A stretch of 64,000 bases of DNA from Candidatus Heimdallarchaeota archaeon. GTDB lineage: Archaea > Asgardarchaeota > Heimdallarchaeia > Heimdallarchaeales > Heimdallarchaeaceae. Where the stretch lies: assembly GCA_019057815.1 (NCBI GenBank), contig JAHLWR010000001.1, forward strand, positions 128,001 to 192,000, read 5' to 3'. A program made the position numbers and the translations under genes. The notes below the pieces were generated by a model that saw only the letters and a list, made by a program, of their open reading frames with translations, searched no databases and was not told the DNA's origin. Shown one piece after another: positions 1 through 9,454 of the stretch (the stretch's first letter is position 1; every line of letters begins with the position of its first letter).

Positions 1-243
1 GTTAATCCTTCAATACTTGGCGGAAGTACCCACATTAAAGTAGTTGAAGAGAATGACATATCGCAACTTTTGACAGAGAGTGATGGCAATGTTAAGTACA
101 ATATAAATAATGAACGTGTTGTAGGATCACCAAAACTTGTTCCACAAATAATAGAAAAAATAGCATCTCTAAAATCGGAAACTATAGATACTTTAAGTAC
201 TGTTATACATGCAAACCTTCTTAGATATCTGAATCTTCCGTAA
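1..243 (+). CDS. 3' end of an unidentified gene (partial)
   Basis: Open frame from position 1 (VNPSILGGSTHIKVVEE...LRYLNLP) to TAA at 241-243. Confidence 0.6.
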   Translation, partial: VNPSILGGSTHIKVVEENDISQLLTESDGNVKYNINNERVVGSPKLVPQIIEKIASLKSETIDTLSTVIHANLLRYLNLP

Positions 244-300
244 AATAATAAAAAGATATCAAACGAAAATAAGAAAAAGACCTACTAAGATACATAGTTC

Positions 301-1332
301 ATGCCTTCTATGAGTCTCAGTAGTGTTCTTAATCAGAAAAAACATTACAAAGATACTATTAAATCTCTACTTTCTGATTCTAGACCTAAAGTTGCTTTCC
401 ACTTTAATTGTTGTGATGGCATGGTTTCTGCAGCTATTGTTTACAAGCTTTTCGAAAAAACGGATTTGCTTTTTTTACCTATAGACTATCCTATTATTAG
501 AGACAAAGATATAGCACTAGATTTATCTCAATCAAACTGGCATACAATTGTAGATCTTGAACCTTTTAATACTGAAGAATTAGAACTTTTTGCAGATCAC
601 CACATTTCTAATCAAAATAAGGAAATAAAAGCAAAAACCAGTTATTTCACTGCTGGTGCCCCTAGTACAGCTTTTCTTCTTTCCCAAGCCTTCCACTCTC
701 AACTTCCTGAACACTTACTTGAACTTGCTAAGATGACAGAAATCACTGATACAGCTAGTTACAAAATTCCACCCCCTACAGTTTTTTCAGAAAATCAAGA
801 AAAATACACATGGGATGAAAGGATTTGGCTACTTGAAGATGCTTGCAAAACTACTTTCACAGTTAAAAATCATCAAAAACTTGTAAAAATCCTAGCTGAT
901 GAGGGTTGGGAAGGATTATGGAAGAAGGACATTTTAAAACGTATTAAGAATCTCCGTTATGGAAAATCCCAAGCAATGGACATTGCTAACCAAATCGAAA
1001 TAACCAATTTTCCAATCATTATTGATAAACCCGTTCACCATAATTTGACATTTATTGCTTATGAAATAATGCGTCAAGGTTCAATCGGTACAGCTTACTT
1101 GACTGTTTATCCCTCTGTAACTCGAATCAGTTTAAGATTAAGTAAATCTCTTTCAGATGAAGAAATTGAAAAATACAGAGTGGACCTCTTGGCTAAAAAA
1201 ATGTCTGGTGGAGGACACAAACCTGCTTCAGGAGCCCAGACTGAGAACCTTGAGATAGCTCTTGAGACTATTCAAAAATGGGTAAAAAAAGTGGGATTGA
1301 GTTTCTCTATTGCCGATTTAAGAGATTTTTAA
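301..1332 (+). CDS. DHH/DHHA1 family phosphoesterase (NrnA/RecJ-like)
   Basis: Motifs H-x(4)-DG, VDL, ADHH and C-terminal GGGH-x-x-ASG of DHHA1. Confidence 0.85.
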   Translation: MPSMSLSSVLNQKKHYKDTIKSLLSDSRPKVAFHFNCCDGMVSAAIVYKLFEKTDLLFLPIDYPIIRDKDIALDLSQSNWHTIVDLEPFNTEELELFADHHISNQNKEIKAKTSYFTAGAPSTAFLLSQAFHSQLPEHLLELAKMTEITDTASYKIPPPTVFSENQEKYTWDERIWLLEDACKTTFTVKNHQKLVKILADEGWEGLWKKDILKRIKNLRYGKSQAMDIANQIEITNFPIIIDKPVHHNLTFIAYEIMRQGSIGTAYLTVYPSVTRISLRLSKSLSDEEIEKYRVDLLAKKMSGGGHKPASGAQTENLEIALETIQKWVKKVGLSFSIADLRDF

Positions 1333-1358
1333 GGAAAAGAAAAAGAAGTTTTGAACCC

Positions 1359-4358
1359 TTATCCTTTAACATTTCCTATAGGTCTTAATCTAGCAACAGG
1401 GTGACTAATTGAGGATTTCTTCAGTGCATCTACTACAGAATCTATGTTTTTGTAAGCAAAACCTGCCTCTTCAGCTAGTCCAGGCATAGAAGCACCTTTA
1501 ACATAAATCCCTTTTTCTCTCATTTTACGTTGAAGAAAATCACCTCTAATTTGTCTTCTTGCTCTACTTCTGCTCATTGTTCTCCCAGCACCATGAGCTG
1601 TTGAACCGAAAGAAACTTCCATTGCTTTCTTAGTTCCTGTTAACAAATATGATTCTGTTTCCATTGACCCACCAATTATTACTGGTTGCCCAATTATTTG
1701 ATATTCTGAGGGTATTTCGGGATGTCCTGGACCAAATCCTCTTGTCGCTCCTTTCCTATGCACAAGTAATTTCCGTTTTTCTCCATCTACTATATGGTCC
1801 TCAATTTTCGCTATATTATGTGCCACATCATAAATCAAATCTAATCCTAATTCGTCTTGATCCATATTGAAAACTTCTTCAAACACTTTTCTTACATGAT
1901 GAGTTATCACTTGTCTATTTGCGAATGCCATATTTGAAGCCGCGCTCATTGCTGCAAAATAATCTTGTCCTTCCTTTGAATCTATTGGCACACTAGCTAA
2001 CTCTTGATCTAATATAGGTAGGTTATACTTTTTCATTGCTATTAAACAGGTTCTCAAATAATCAGTAGCCACTTGATGTCCTAATCCTCGTGATCCACAG
2101 TGAATCATCAATGTCACTTGGTTAGGTTTGTTTAATCCAAGAGTCTCTCCTATCTCTTTGTCAAGCAAGTCTCCGGGTTTCATCACTTGTACTTCACAAT
2201 AATGGTTACCAGAACCTAAAGTGCCAAGTTGATTAATACCTCTATTCTTGGCTTTATCACTGACTTTAGAAGAATCAGCATAAGGCATATTACCTTGACT
2301 CTCAATATGACGAACATCGTCTTCACGAGCATAACCATTCTCTAAACACCATTGGGCACCGGTGTCAAGAACAGAATTAAAAGAAGAGCGAGATAGAGAA
2401 GCCATCTTGGGATCATGTTTGAGCTTGACACCAACACCAGCAGGAACACGACGGAAAAGAAGATCAATAAGTTCGCGAATACGAGGACGAACATCCTTCT
2501 CCTCGAGAGTAGTAGTAAGCATACGGACACCACAATTGGAAACAACCATTGAATTTGCTATAAAGTTGTGAGAATCGTGTTCTACGGTGAAATCATAAAC
2601 ATTTCCTTCAAAGTTTTCTACTTTTTCGATTTTCTTTATTTCATCCCAAACCATACCACTATTCTTAGTAGTTAATAACTGTGATGCGATATAAGAATCA
2701 AAATGAGGAAATTGCTGTGAGGGGCGTGGGTTAGTTGTTAAGCCTTCATAAAGCACTCTTTCTACAAATCTTCTATTAACACCATGGCTTCTTGAGATTT
2801 CTTCAGCAATTTGTACAATTCCCATTCCCTCTTCAGAAAATGCCTGAATTTTCTCTTTTGCTTCTGATCTCTTCTTTATCTCATTTTCTTTATGTTTAAG
2901 GTACACAATGGCACCATTAGCTAACCACCTTTTTTTTCTATTATACTCGAAATTTATCTTTGAGTAGAAAGTAATTAAGTTCTCAGAGTTAGATTTTATA
3001 TGAATTCGGATTCTAAAACTCTCATCCCCTTGATTGTCTGTATAATTGTGCTTTTCTTCTGATATACTGTATTTGACACCAAACTCTTCTAGTATTTTTC
3101 CATATTGTTTTAGAAAGTCTAATCCTGATGCAATATAATTTGATCTTTTATTCATACCAACCGTTGGCATATAGAAGGTATAACCGAGATCAGTAGCAGT
3201 GGATGGAGTTGACATCTCAGCACCTTGAAAAGCCGCTATAAACAATCTTTTCATCCAGAGAGGAAGATCAAAGATCCAAGAAGGTAATTCCCAATCCTGT
3301 TTTGATTTGTTGCCAATGGGAATACCTAAAGCATGCAACAAAGTAAGGAAAGATCTAGCTGATACTTTTGCACTATGCTCAGTTGAATGAATAATCTTAT
3401 CTCCATATTTAGAACTAAAATTTATATCCCTATGACGAGTATATGTTCTAGAACAAGTCCATCCTAACCCTATGACATCCGCTCTTATATCTTCAAGATC
3501 CTCAGGTTGCCCATAAAACCAAACATAACCTTTCAATGTATTCTTTCCCTTCTCAGGAGATACAATTAATGAGCCATCGCCTAGAACAAAACCAAGTATT
3601 TTAAGCAGAAGTGGTAGTTTTGGTGAATCCATTTTTAAAGGAAGTAAATTTCTTTTTTTAAGTTCTTGAATTACTGTTGGGGTGTCAAAATCGAGTTCAA
3701 GTTTTTCAATATCCCTTTCTTCCAAGATTACACAGTCTGAAGGTTTCTCATAGGGAATTCCCTCAAAAGGATAAATGGCTATTTCATCATTGATGATAAG
3801 ATCCTTAAGTAGAATCATCCCTTCTTTAGTCCAAAAAGGATGATCTTCAGTTGCTTTTATTTCATAACCTGCTTTTGTTTGAATTTTATAAACTGAACTA
3901 GGTTTTACTTCTATGAATCGACTTATTAGAGAGCTTTCATATATTGAAGAATCAAAATCAATAACAACTAGATTTTCGTTTTTCCATTTATCCTTGAAAT
4001 CCTTTATAGCTAATGAATAACCAAGACTTGACAGAATTTTTGTATCTCCAGTAAGACAATTTATATCAAAACCCACGCCTCCAGGGCTTATTACTCCTTC
4101 TTCCATATCCATCGCAGCTATAGCACCAATTGGAAAACCATATCCAGCATGTGTATCTGGCAGTGCCAATGCATGTTTCACCACTCCTGGTAGTGTTGCT
4201 ACATTTGTTATCTGATCTACCACCCTCATTTCCAACCCTTTTTTCAGTTCTGGTGTTAATATGAATCTAGCTGGTACTTTCATTCCTTTTTTGTATGAAG
4301 TTGGTATTTCCCACGTTACATCATCAATTTTTTTCATTGGTACATTATCAATTGACAT
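1359..4358 (-). CDS. rtcB: RNA-splicing/repair ligase RtcB precursor containing an intein
   Basis: PDTHAGYGFPIG, GFDIN/CGVR, GTLGSGNHY, HCGSRG, YDVAHN, HRKGATR, STAHGAGR; ATG at 4358 preferred to TTG 4367. Confidence 0.97.
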   Translation of the reverse strand: MSIDNVPMKKIDDVTWEIPTSYKKGMKVPARFILTPELKKGLEMRVVDQITNVATLPGVVKHALALPDTHAGYGFPIGAIAAMDMEEGVISPGGVGFDINCLTGDTKILSSLGYSLAIKDFKDKWKNENLVVIDFDSSIYESSLISRFIEVKPSSVYKIQTKAGYEIKATEDHPFWTKEGMILLKDLIINDEIAIYPFEGIPYEKPSDCVILEERDIEKLELDFDTPTVIQELKKRNLLPLKMDSPKLPLLLKILGFVLGDGSLIVSPEKGKNTLKGYVWFYGQPEDLEDIRADVIGLGWTCSRTYTRHRDINFSSKYGDKIIHSTEHSAKVSARSFLTLLHALGIPIGNKSKQDWELPSWIFDLPLWMKRLFIAAFQGAEMSTPSTATDLGYTFYMPTVGMNKRSNYIASGLDFLKQYGKILEEFGVKYSISEEKHNYTDNQGDESFRIRIHIKSNSENLITFYSKINFEYNRKKRWLANGAIVYLKHKENEIKKRSEAKEKIQAFSEEGMGIVQIAEEISRSHGVNRRFVERVLYEGLTTNPRPSQQFPHFDSYIASQLLTTKNSGMVWDEIKKIEKVENFEGNVYDFTVEHDSHNFIANSMVVSNCGVRMLTTTLEEKDVRPRIRELIDLLFRRVPAGVGVKLKHDPKMASLSRSSFNSVLDTGAQWCLENGYAREDDVRHIESQGNMPYADSSKVSDKAKNRGINQLGTLGSGNHYCEVQVMKPGDLLDKEIGETLGLNKPNQVTLMIHCGSRGLGHQVATDYLRTCLIAMKKYNLPILDQELASVPIDSKEGQDYFAAMSAASNMAFANRQVITHHVRKVFEEVFNMDQDELGLDLIYDVAHNIAKIEDHIVDGEKRKLLVHRKGATRGFGPGHPEIPSEYQIIGQPVIIGGSMETESYLLTGTKKAMEVSFGSTAHGAGRTMSRSRARRQIRGDFLQRKMREKGIYVKGASMPGLAEEAGFAYKNIDSVVDALKKSSISHPVARLRPIGNVKG
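2535..4058 (-). mobile_element. Intein (508 aa) with LAGLIDADG homing endonuclease in rtcB
   Basis: Begins CLTGDT after GFDIN; block B ATEDHPF; LGFVLGDG endonuclease block; ends VYDFTV..HNFIANSMVVSN before extein C-GVR. Confidence 0.95.
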
Positions 4359-4789
4359 AATTCTCAATAGGTGGTTAACAATTATAATAATAAACGTCTT
4401 GATTAGTCAGAAAAAAACATCTCACCTAATATTAGGAATGAATCAAATGATAGCCGAGAAAATCAATAAACGAATTAACAGAGACTTGATATAAGCTTTA
4501 CTCATGAAAAACCCGTTCTACAAGTCAATAAAAGGTTTTTCTTTCTAAGGGCTCCATTTAGTTCTGTAGCTTAGCTACAAATAATGAAAATTCTAACATG
4601 TAGTCTTCTTAATGTAAAAAGAAGTTCCTTTTTCAAATTACTCACATATGATATGTAAAACCAGATGCTGACGTAATTTCGTCCAAAAACAATCTTTAAA
4701 AAGCTATCATTAGATAGTTTGTAATAGTATAGTAGTATATCAATTAAAAGTAGTATTCTATTTTTAGAGGATTGAACCTGTATTTCAAA

Positions 4790-5015
4790 AAGTATGGTGA
4801 TAATATATGGGATATAATGATAGACCCCCTAGAGAAATGCATAAAGTAACTTGTGCAGAATGTGGAATGGAAACAGAAGTACCTTTCAAACCTGACGGTG
4901 AACGTCCAGTTTATTGCAGAGATTGCTATAGAAAGAGAAGACCTCCAAGAAGATATTAAACAAAAAAGTAAGTAAATAATAAAGAATTTTTTATCCTTAC
5001 TTTTATTTTTTATTT
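4790..5015 (+). repeat. Direct repeat copy 1 (zinc-finger gene plus 3' hairpin/T-tract)
   Basis: Near-identical to about 6770-6995 (offset 1980 bp). Confidence 0.9.
4807..4959 (+). CDS. CxxC-x17-CxxC zinc-finger microprotein (50 aa), copy 1
   Basis: Hand translation MGYNDRPPREMHKVTCAECGMETEVPFKPDGERPVYCRDCYRKRRPPRRY; GGTGA RBS upstream; below ORF-track cutoff. Confidence 0.9.
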   Translation: MGYNDRPPREMHKVTCAECGMETEVPFKPDGERPVYCRDCYRKRRPPRRY

Positions 5016-5072
5016 CAAAAAAGATTTTTATATTTTTTTAGCAATGTTCAAAAGACCTATAGGTTTTTCATT

Positions 5073-6014
5073 ATGGGGTACGAAGAAACAAATCCAGTTG
5101 ATATAAAAATATCCAAAGTACAAAAACTAATTCAAGGGTTTTTCCCGAATATTAGAAATGAAGAAATCATTTTCTTTTATCATGGTACATATAACACATT
5201 TATAGTTAAGGACACTTTTATTTTCCGTTTCCCAGATAAGAGCTTGTATAATGACAAGGGATACAGGTTAATACTTAGAGAAGTAAAAGTTCTAGATACG
5301 ATCAGGAACCTCCTTTCTTTCCAAATCCCTAAACCTCTTTACGTTTCTTCTGACCCGAATAATCCTTTTGTAGGCTACAAGAAAATCCCAGGAGTTTCGC
5401 TTTCAAGATGCCTAAACAACGCATCATACACTAAAAAGAAGAACGTTGCTAATGAAATAGGTAAATTTCTTTCAGAATATCATTCAAGAGCCGTTTATGA
5501 AGTTTTTAAACAGAGTTTTTATCCCGAGCAAGAACTTTCGTCTGGACACCATAAGAAAAAATGGTTGGATTACAGAGAAAAGATGGAACGAATTGTCTTC
5601 CCTCTCGTAGGAAAAAAAAATATATTATGGTTATCCAATCTTTTTGATAATGTTTTGGAAAATAAAGAGAATTTCACTTATTCGTTAACAGCTACTCATG
5701 GTGATTTTGATACATCTAACATTCTAGTAAATCCTGAAAGCTTTCAAGTAATAGGTATAATCGATTTTGAGGATGCAAGCATTGCTGATCCAGCTTATGA
5801 TTTGTGTTTTATTAAGGAAGGAAAAGTTTTTTCTGACGCTATTTTTGAAAGCTATACGGGTATTATTGATTCAACAATGAAAGACAGAATAAAGTTCTAT
5901 TATTGTCGGGCTGGAACCATATATATAATCACAGGTGTTGAATGGAACAATCCACGAATGGTTGAGTATGGAAAAAAACTTCAAGAGAAAAGAATGAAAG
6001 AGTTTCCAGCCTGA
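5073..6014 (+). CDS. Aminoglycoside phosphotransferase (APH)/choline kinase-like family protein
   Basis: FRFP, YKKIPG, Brenner motif HGDFDTSNIL, GIIDFED, DPAYD. Confidence 0.88.
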   Translation: MGYEETNPVDIKISKVQKLIQGFFPNIRNEEIIFFYHGTYNTFIVKDTFIFRFPDKSLYNDKGYRLILREVKVLDTIRNLLSFQIPKPLYVSSDPNNPFVGYKKIPGVSLSRCLNNASYTKKKNVANEIGKFLSEYHSRAVYEVFKQSFYPEQELSSGHHKKKWLDYREKMERIVFPLVGKKNILWLSNLFDNVLENKENFTYSLTATHGDFDTSNILVNPESFQVIGIIDFEDASIADPAYDLCFIKEGKVFSDAIFESYTGIIDSTMKDRIKFYYCRAGTIYIITGVEWNNPRMVEYGKKLQEKRMKEFPA

Positions 6015-6111
6015 TATCGATTTAGTATTATTTTATCTGAATATGTTTTTATACCAAATCTACATGAGATATTTCAAAAAACTTTGAATTAGACCTTAAG
6101 AGGTAATTTCA

Positions 6112-6534
6112 ATGACAACAACACAAGAAAAAACAAAATTTGATTTTCCAAAAATGGTTGTAGTATTCACAACCTTTGTTGGAGCAGGAATAGGGGCTAT
6201 TGCTATTTGGTTATTAACAACTGTTTTCATTGGTGGGGAGTTTCCCTTTGTTTCAAACGATTATTCTGCTTTCATTGCACTCACTATTATCGGATTTACT
6301 ATGTGTTCCATAACATTCCCAATTCGCGCAACTATGCAAAATGGTTTCAAATGGTTAAGTTTTTTCACTATTAGTTCTATTGTACTTGGGGTTTCAATTT
6401 CAGTTTTTGCCGGACTTATAATCGCTAAAATTCAGATTCCCTTAATTACAGAGCGTATAGCTATAATCATCTTATCAGTGCTTGTTTTAGTGAAATTTAT
6501 TATCTCTACAACACATTTATTCATCAAAATTTAG
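6112..6534 (+). CDS. Hypothetical 4-TM membrane protein
   Basis: Four hydrophobic segments; GAGGT RBS. Confidence 0.75.
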   Translation: MTTTQEKTKFDFPKMVVVFTTFVGAGIGAIAIWLLTTVFIGGEFPFVSNDYSAFIALTIIGFTMCSITFPIRATMQNGFKWLSFFTISSIVLGVSISVFAGLIIAKIQIPLITERIAIIILSVLVLVKFIISTTHLFIKI

Positions 6535-6769
6535 CATCATAAAAATAATACAAGTAGTTTTCAGAGAATTAGAATCACCAAAAGTATCTATCTTTGATAG
6601 AGAAAATCCTACTTAAAAGAACGTAGAATTATTTTTTAAGCACTAGTTGCGTTATGTGGAAAAATAACTTGTACAAGAAGACTATTTTTATATATAGCTA
6701 TAGGGGAAGATGGATATAGAAATTAAGAGTCTATTTCAAAATTAGACAATTAAAATCTATATTATCAAA

Positions 6770-6995
6770 AATATGGTGAATAGTAAATGGGATATAATGA
6801 TAGACCCCCTAGAGAAATGCATAAAGTAACATGCGCAGAATGTGGAATAGAAACAGAAGTACCTTTCAAACCTGACGGTGAACGTCCAGTTTATTGCAGA
6901 GATTGTTATCAAAAGAGAAGACCTCCAAGAAGATATTAAACAAAAAAGTAAGTAAATAATAAAGAGTTTTTTATTCTTACTTTTATTTTTTATTT
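6770..6995 (+). repeat. Direct repeat copy 2
   Basis: Matches about 4790-5015 including non-coding 3' tail caaaaaagtaagtaaataataaaga...cttacttttatttttt. Confidence 0.9.
6787..6939 (+). CDS. CxxC-x17-CxxC zinc-finger microprotein (50 aa), copy 2
   Basis: MGYNDRPPREMHKVTCAECGIETEVPFKPDGERPVYCRDCYQKRRPPRRY; 2 aa differences from copy 1. Confidence 0.9.
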   Translation: MGYNDRPPREMHKVTCAECGIETEVPFKPDGERPVYCRDCYQKRRPPRRY

Positions 6996-7070
6996 TTACT
7001 TTTATTTTTTATTTATTTAACCACAACAGATTAATTTTTATTTGTTTCACTCAATCTTCAAGTGTTTAGA

Positions 7071-7499
7071 ATGTTCAAGTATAAACATCTTGAGGAAGAA
7101 TCTAAAGGTGATTTTGCTTTCGAGGTTTATGCCGACACTCTTGAAGAGCTCTTTAAAGGCGCTGGTTTTGCTTGTATGAGTGCTATGGTTAAAATAGATG
7201 CTCTAACAACGAATATAAAATTTGATTTTTCTTCTAAAGCTCCTGAACTTCCGTTGTTGCTTTACGATTTTCTTTCAGAACTTGTTTATTTGAAAGATGT
7301 TGAATCTGTCTTGTTCAAAGATTTTGAAATTAAAATATCTAAAAATATTGATTTCAATCTTCAATGTGTTGCAAAAGGTCGACTAATTAATTGGGACACT
7401 GATGAGTTGTATACCGATGTAAAAGCAGTAACGATGCATACAATGGTAGTTGAACAACGGGAAAACCAGTGGTATTGTCACGTTTTATTAGATTTGTAA
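7071..7499 (+). CDS. Archease (RtcB cofactor)
   Basis: D-x-AFEVYADTLEELF, LLYDFLSELVYL, C-terminal DVKAVTMH...LLDL. Confidence 0.93.
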   Translation: MFKYKHLEEESKGDFAFEVYADTLEELFKGAGFACMSAMVKIDALTTNIKFDFSSKAPELPLLLYDFLSELVYLKDVESVLFKDFEIKISKNIDFNLQCVAKGRLINWDTDELYTDVKAVTMHTMVVEQRENQWYCHVLLDL

Positions 7500-7637
7500 G
7501 ATTGTTGTAATCACTTTGTTAACTTTGAACATTGCTGTTGATAGAGATACTTGAAAGTTTCTGAACAAAAACTTTTAAACACCACATAAATAGATACAAT
7601 CGCAATATAATAGGTTAAAATAAATGAGGTTTATACA

Positions 7638-8057
7638 ATGTCTGATGATATAAATATTGTAGATAAATATATTATAAAAACGGATAGGCTTTATACAACA
7701 ACCCACGAGTGGGTTAAGAAAGAAGGCGATGTTTGGCTTTACGGCATTACAGGATACGCTAGTGTCGAAATGGGAGAACTTGCATTTGTAGAGTTTCCAG
7801 AAGTTGGAGACAAGTTCCCTAAAGGGGAACCAACCCTTACTATCGAAGCCTTAAAAACAGTAGAAGACTCATATGCTCCATTTGACTGTGAAGTTGTCGA
7901 AGTAAATGAGCCATTAGAAGATGATGCTAATATTATACATGAAGACCCCTATGAAGAGGGATGGCTTCTAAAATTAGTACCCACAGGATCTGAAGAAGGC
8001 TTAATTTCTCCGGAAGAATATGCAGATATAGTCAAAAAAGAGATAGAAGTTCAATAA
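7638..8057 (+). CDS. gcvH: Glycine cleavage system H protein
   Basis: HEWV, GITGYA..GELAFVE, lipoyl Lys in IEALKT, DPYEEGWL. Confidence 0.93.
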   Translation: MSDDINIVDKYIIKTDRLYTTTHEWVKKEGDVWLYGITGYASVEMGELAFVEFPEVGDKFPKGEPTLTIEALKTVEDSYAPFDCEVVEVNEPLEDDANIIHEDPYEEGWLLKLVPTGSEEGLISPEEYADIVKKEIEVQ

Positions 8058-8071
8058 AAGGGTGATTTTCA

Positions 8072-9454
8072 TTGAGTGATTATTCTCACCCCTATCTCGC
8101 AAATTGTGCTACTGATATTGAAGAAATGTTAAAAGAACTCGGTATTAGTAGCATAGACGAACTCTTTTCGGATATTCCTGAAGAAATACGTTTTAAAGGA
8201 GAATTGAAAATCCCACATTATCCAAGCGAAATGGAAGTTAAAGAACACGTAGAGGATTTGCTAAGCAAGAATAAAACAACAAGAGAAATTAGATCATTCT
8301 TAGGTGGAGGAGTTTTAGACATTTACATACCAGCAGCGCAAGATGAACTACTGAGAAGAACAGAGTTTTACAGCGCGTACACCCCTTACCAACCAGAAAC
8401 ATCTCAAGGTACGCTTCATACTCTTTTTGAATTTCAAAGTATGTTATGCGAATTATTGTCTATGGATACTACCAACTGTTCTATGTATGATTGGGCTACT
8501 GCTCTTGGTGAAGCTGCTAATATGACTGTTCGTTTGGCAAAGAAGAAGTTCACTTTCCTTTATACTGGCGCTATTGCACCTAATCGACTTGAAGTTCTAA
8601 AAACCTATGTTATTGGTTCTAATGTAACCTTGGTTGAAGTTCCTTATGATACAACAACCGGAAAAATGGACGTTACTAAAGCTATTGAACTTATGACAGA
8701 AGATGTCGCAGGAATCTACTTTGAAAATCCAAACTACTTTGGTGTTATTGAAGATAATATCAAACCAATAATAGAAGCAGCAAAAGAAAGAAACGTTATG
8801 GTTGTTGCAGGCGTAGATCTTAGTTCTCTTGGTCTTATAGAAGGACCTGGTGATTATGATGTCGATATAGCAATTGGTGATGCACAATGTGTTGGCGGCG
8901 GACCAATGAATTTTGGTGGGCCAATGACTGGTGTCTTTTCTATGAAATTCGACAGAAAATGGACCAGACAAATGCCTGGAAGATTAGTAGGTATAACTTT
9001 AACTCCTGAAGAAGGAAAATGGGCTTTTACTAACACTTTGCAAACAAGAGAACAACACATTAAGAGACACAGAGCAACCAGTAACATCTGCACTAATGAA
9101 GCTTTAACTGCTATGAGTGTTGCGTTTCATCTTGCCCTTCTAGGTCCTCAAGGAATCACAGAAACAGGAGAGTCAATGTACTATAATGCTCACTATCTTA
9201 AGGCAGAACTCGAAAAAATTGGTGTAAAACCCGTTTTCAATGGTGAGTTCTTTAACGCATTTACGGTTGATTTAAAGATTCCAAAAGACAAGAAGAAAGA
9301 GTTTACTACTTTCATGCTTGGAAGAAAAATCTTTGCTGGTATTCCTTATTCATTTGATGGAGAAAACTACGACTATTTAGTAACTACCTCTTACTTGCTG
9401 AGGAAGAAAGATCTTGATGATTTTGTCAAGGCAATTGAAGAATGGAGGAAATGA
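8072..9454 (+). CDS. gcvPA: Glycine dehydrogenase (decarboxylating) subunit 1
   Basis: AYTPYQPETSQG, SMYD, MPGRLVG, LQTREQHIKR..ATSNICTN. Confidence 0.96.
   Translation: MSDYSHPYLANCATDIEEMLKELGISSIDELFSDIPEEIRFKGELKIPHYPSEMEVKEHVEDLLSKNKTTREIRSFLGGGVLDIYIPAAQDELLRRTEFYSAYTPYQPETSQGTLHTLFEFQSMLCELLSMDTTNCSMYDWATALGEAANMTVRLAKKKFTFLYTGAIAPNRLEVLKTYVIGSNVTLVEVPYDTTTGKMDVTKAIELMTEDVAGIYFENPNYFGVIEDNIKPIIEAAKERNVMVVAGVDLSSLGLIEGPGDYDVDIAIGDAQCVGGGPMNFGGPMTGVFSMKFDRKWTRQMPGRLVGITLTPEEGKWAFTNTLQTREQHIKRHRATSNICTNEALTAMSVAFHLALLGPQGITETGESMYYNAHYLKAELEKIGVKPVFNGEFFNAFTVDLKIPKDKKKEFTTFMLGRKIFAGIPYSFDGENYDYLVTTSYLLRKKDLDDFVKAIEEWRK

Noticed and set aside
5073-6014. Bona fide aminoglycoside resistance gene
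   Set aside because: Only family-level kinase motifs; substrate cannot be inferred
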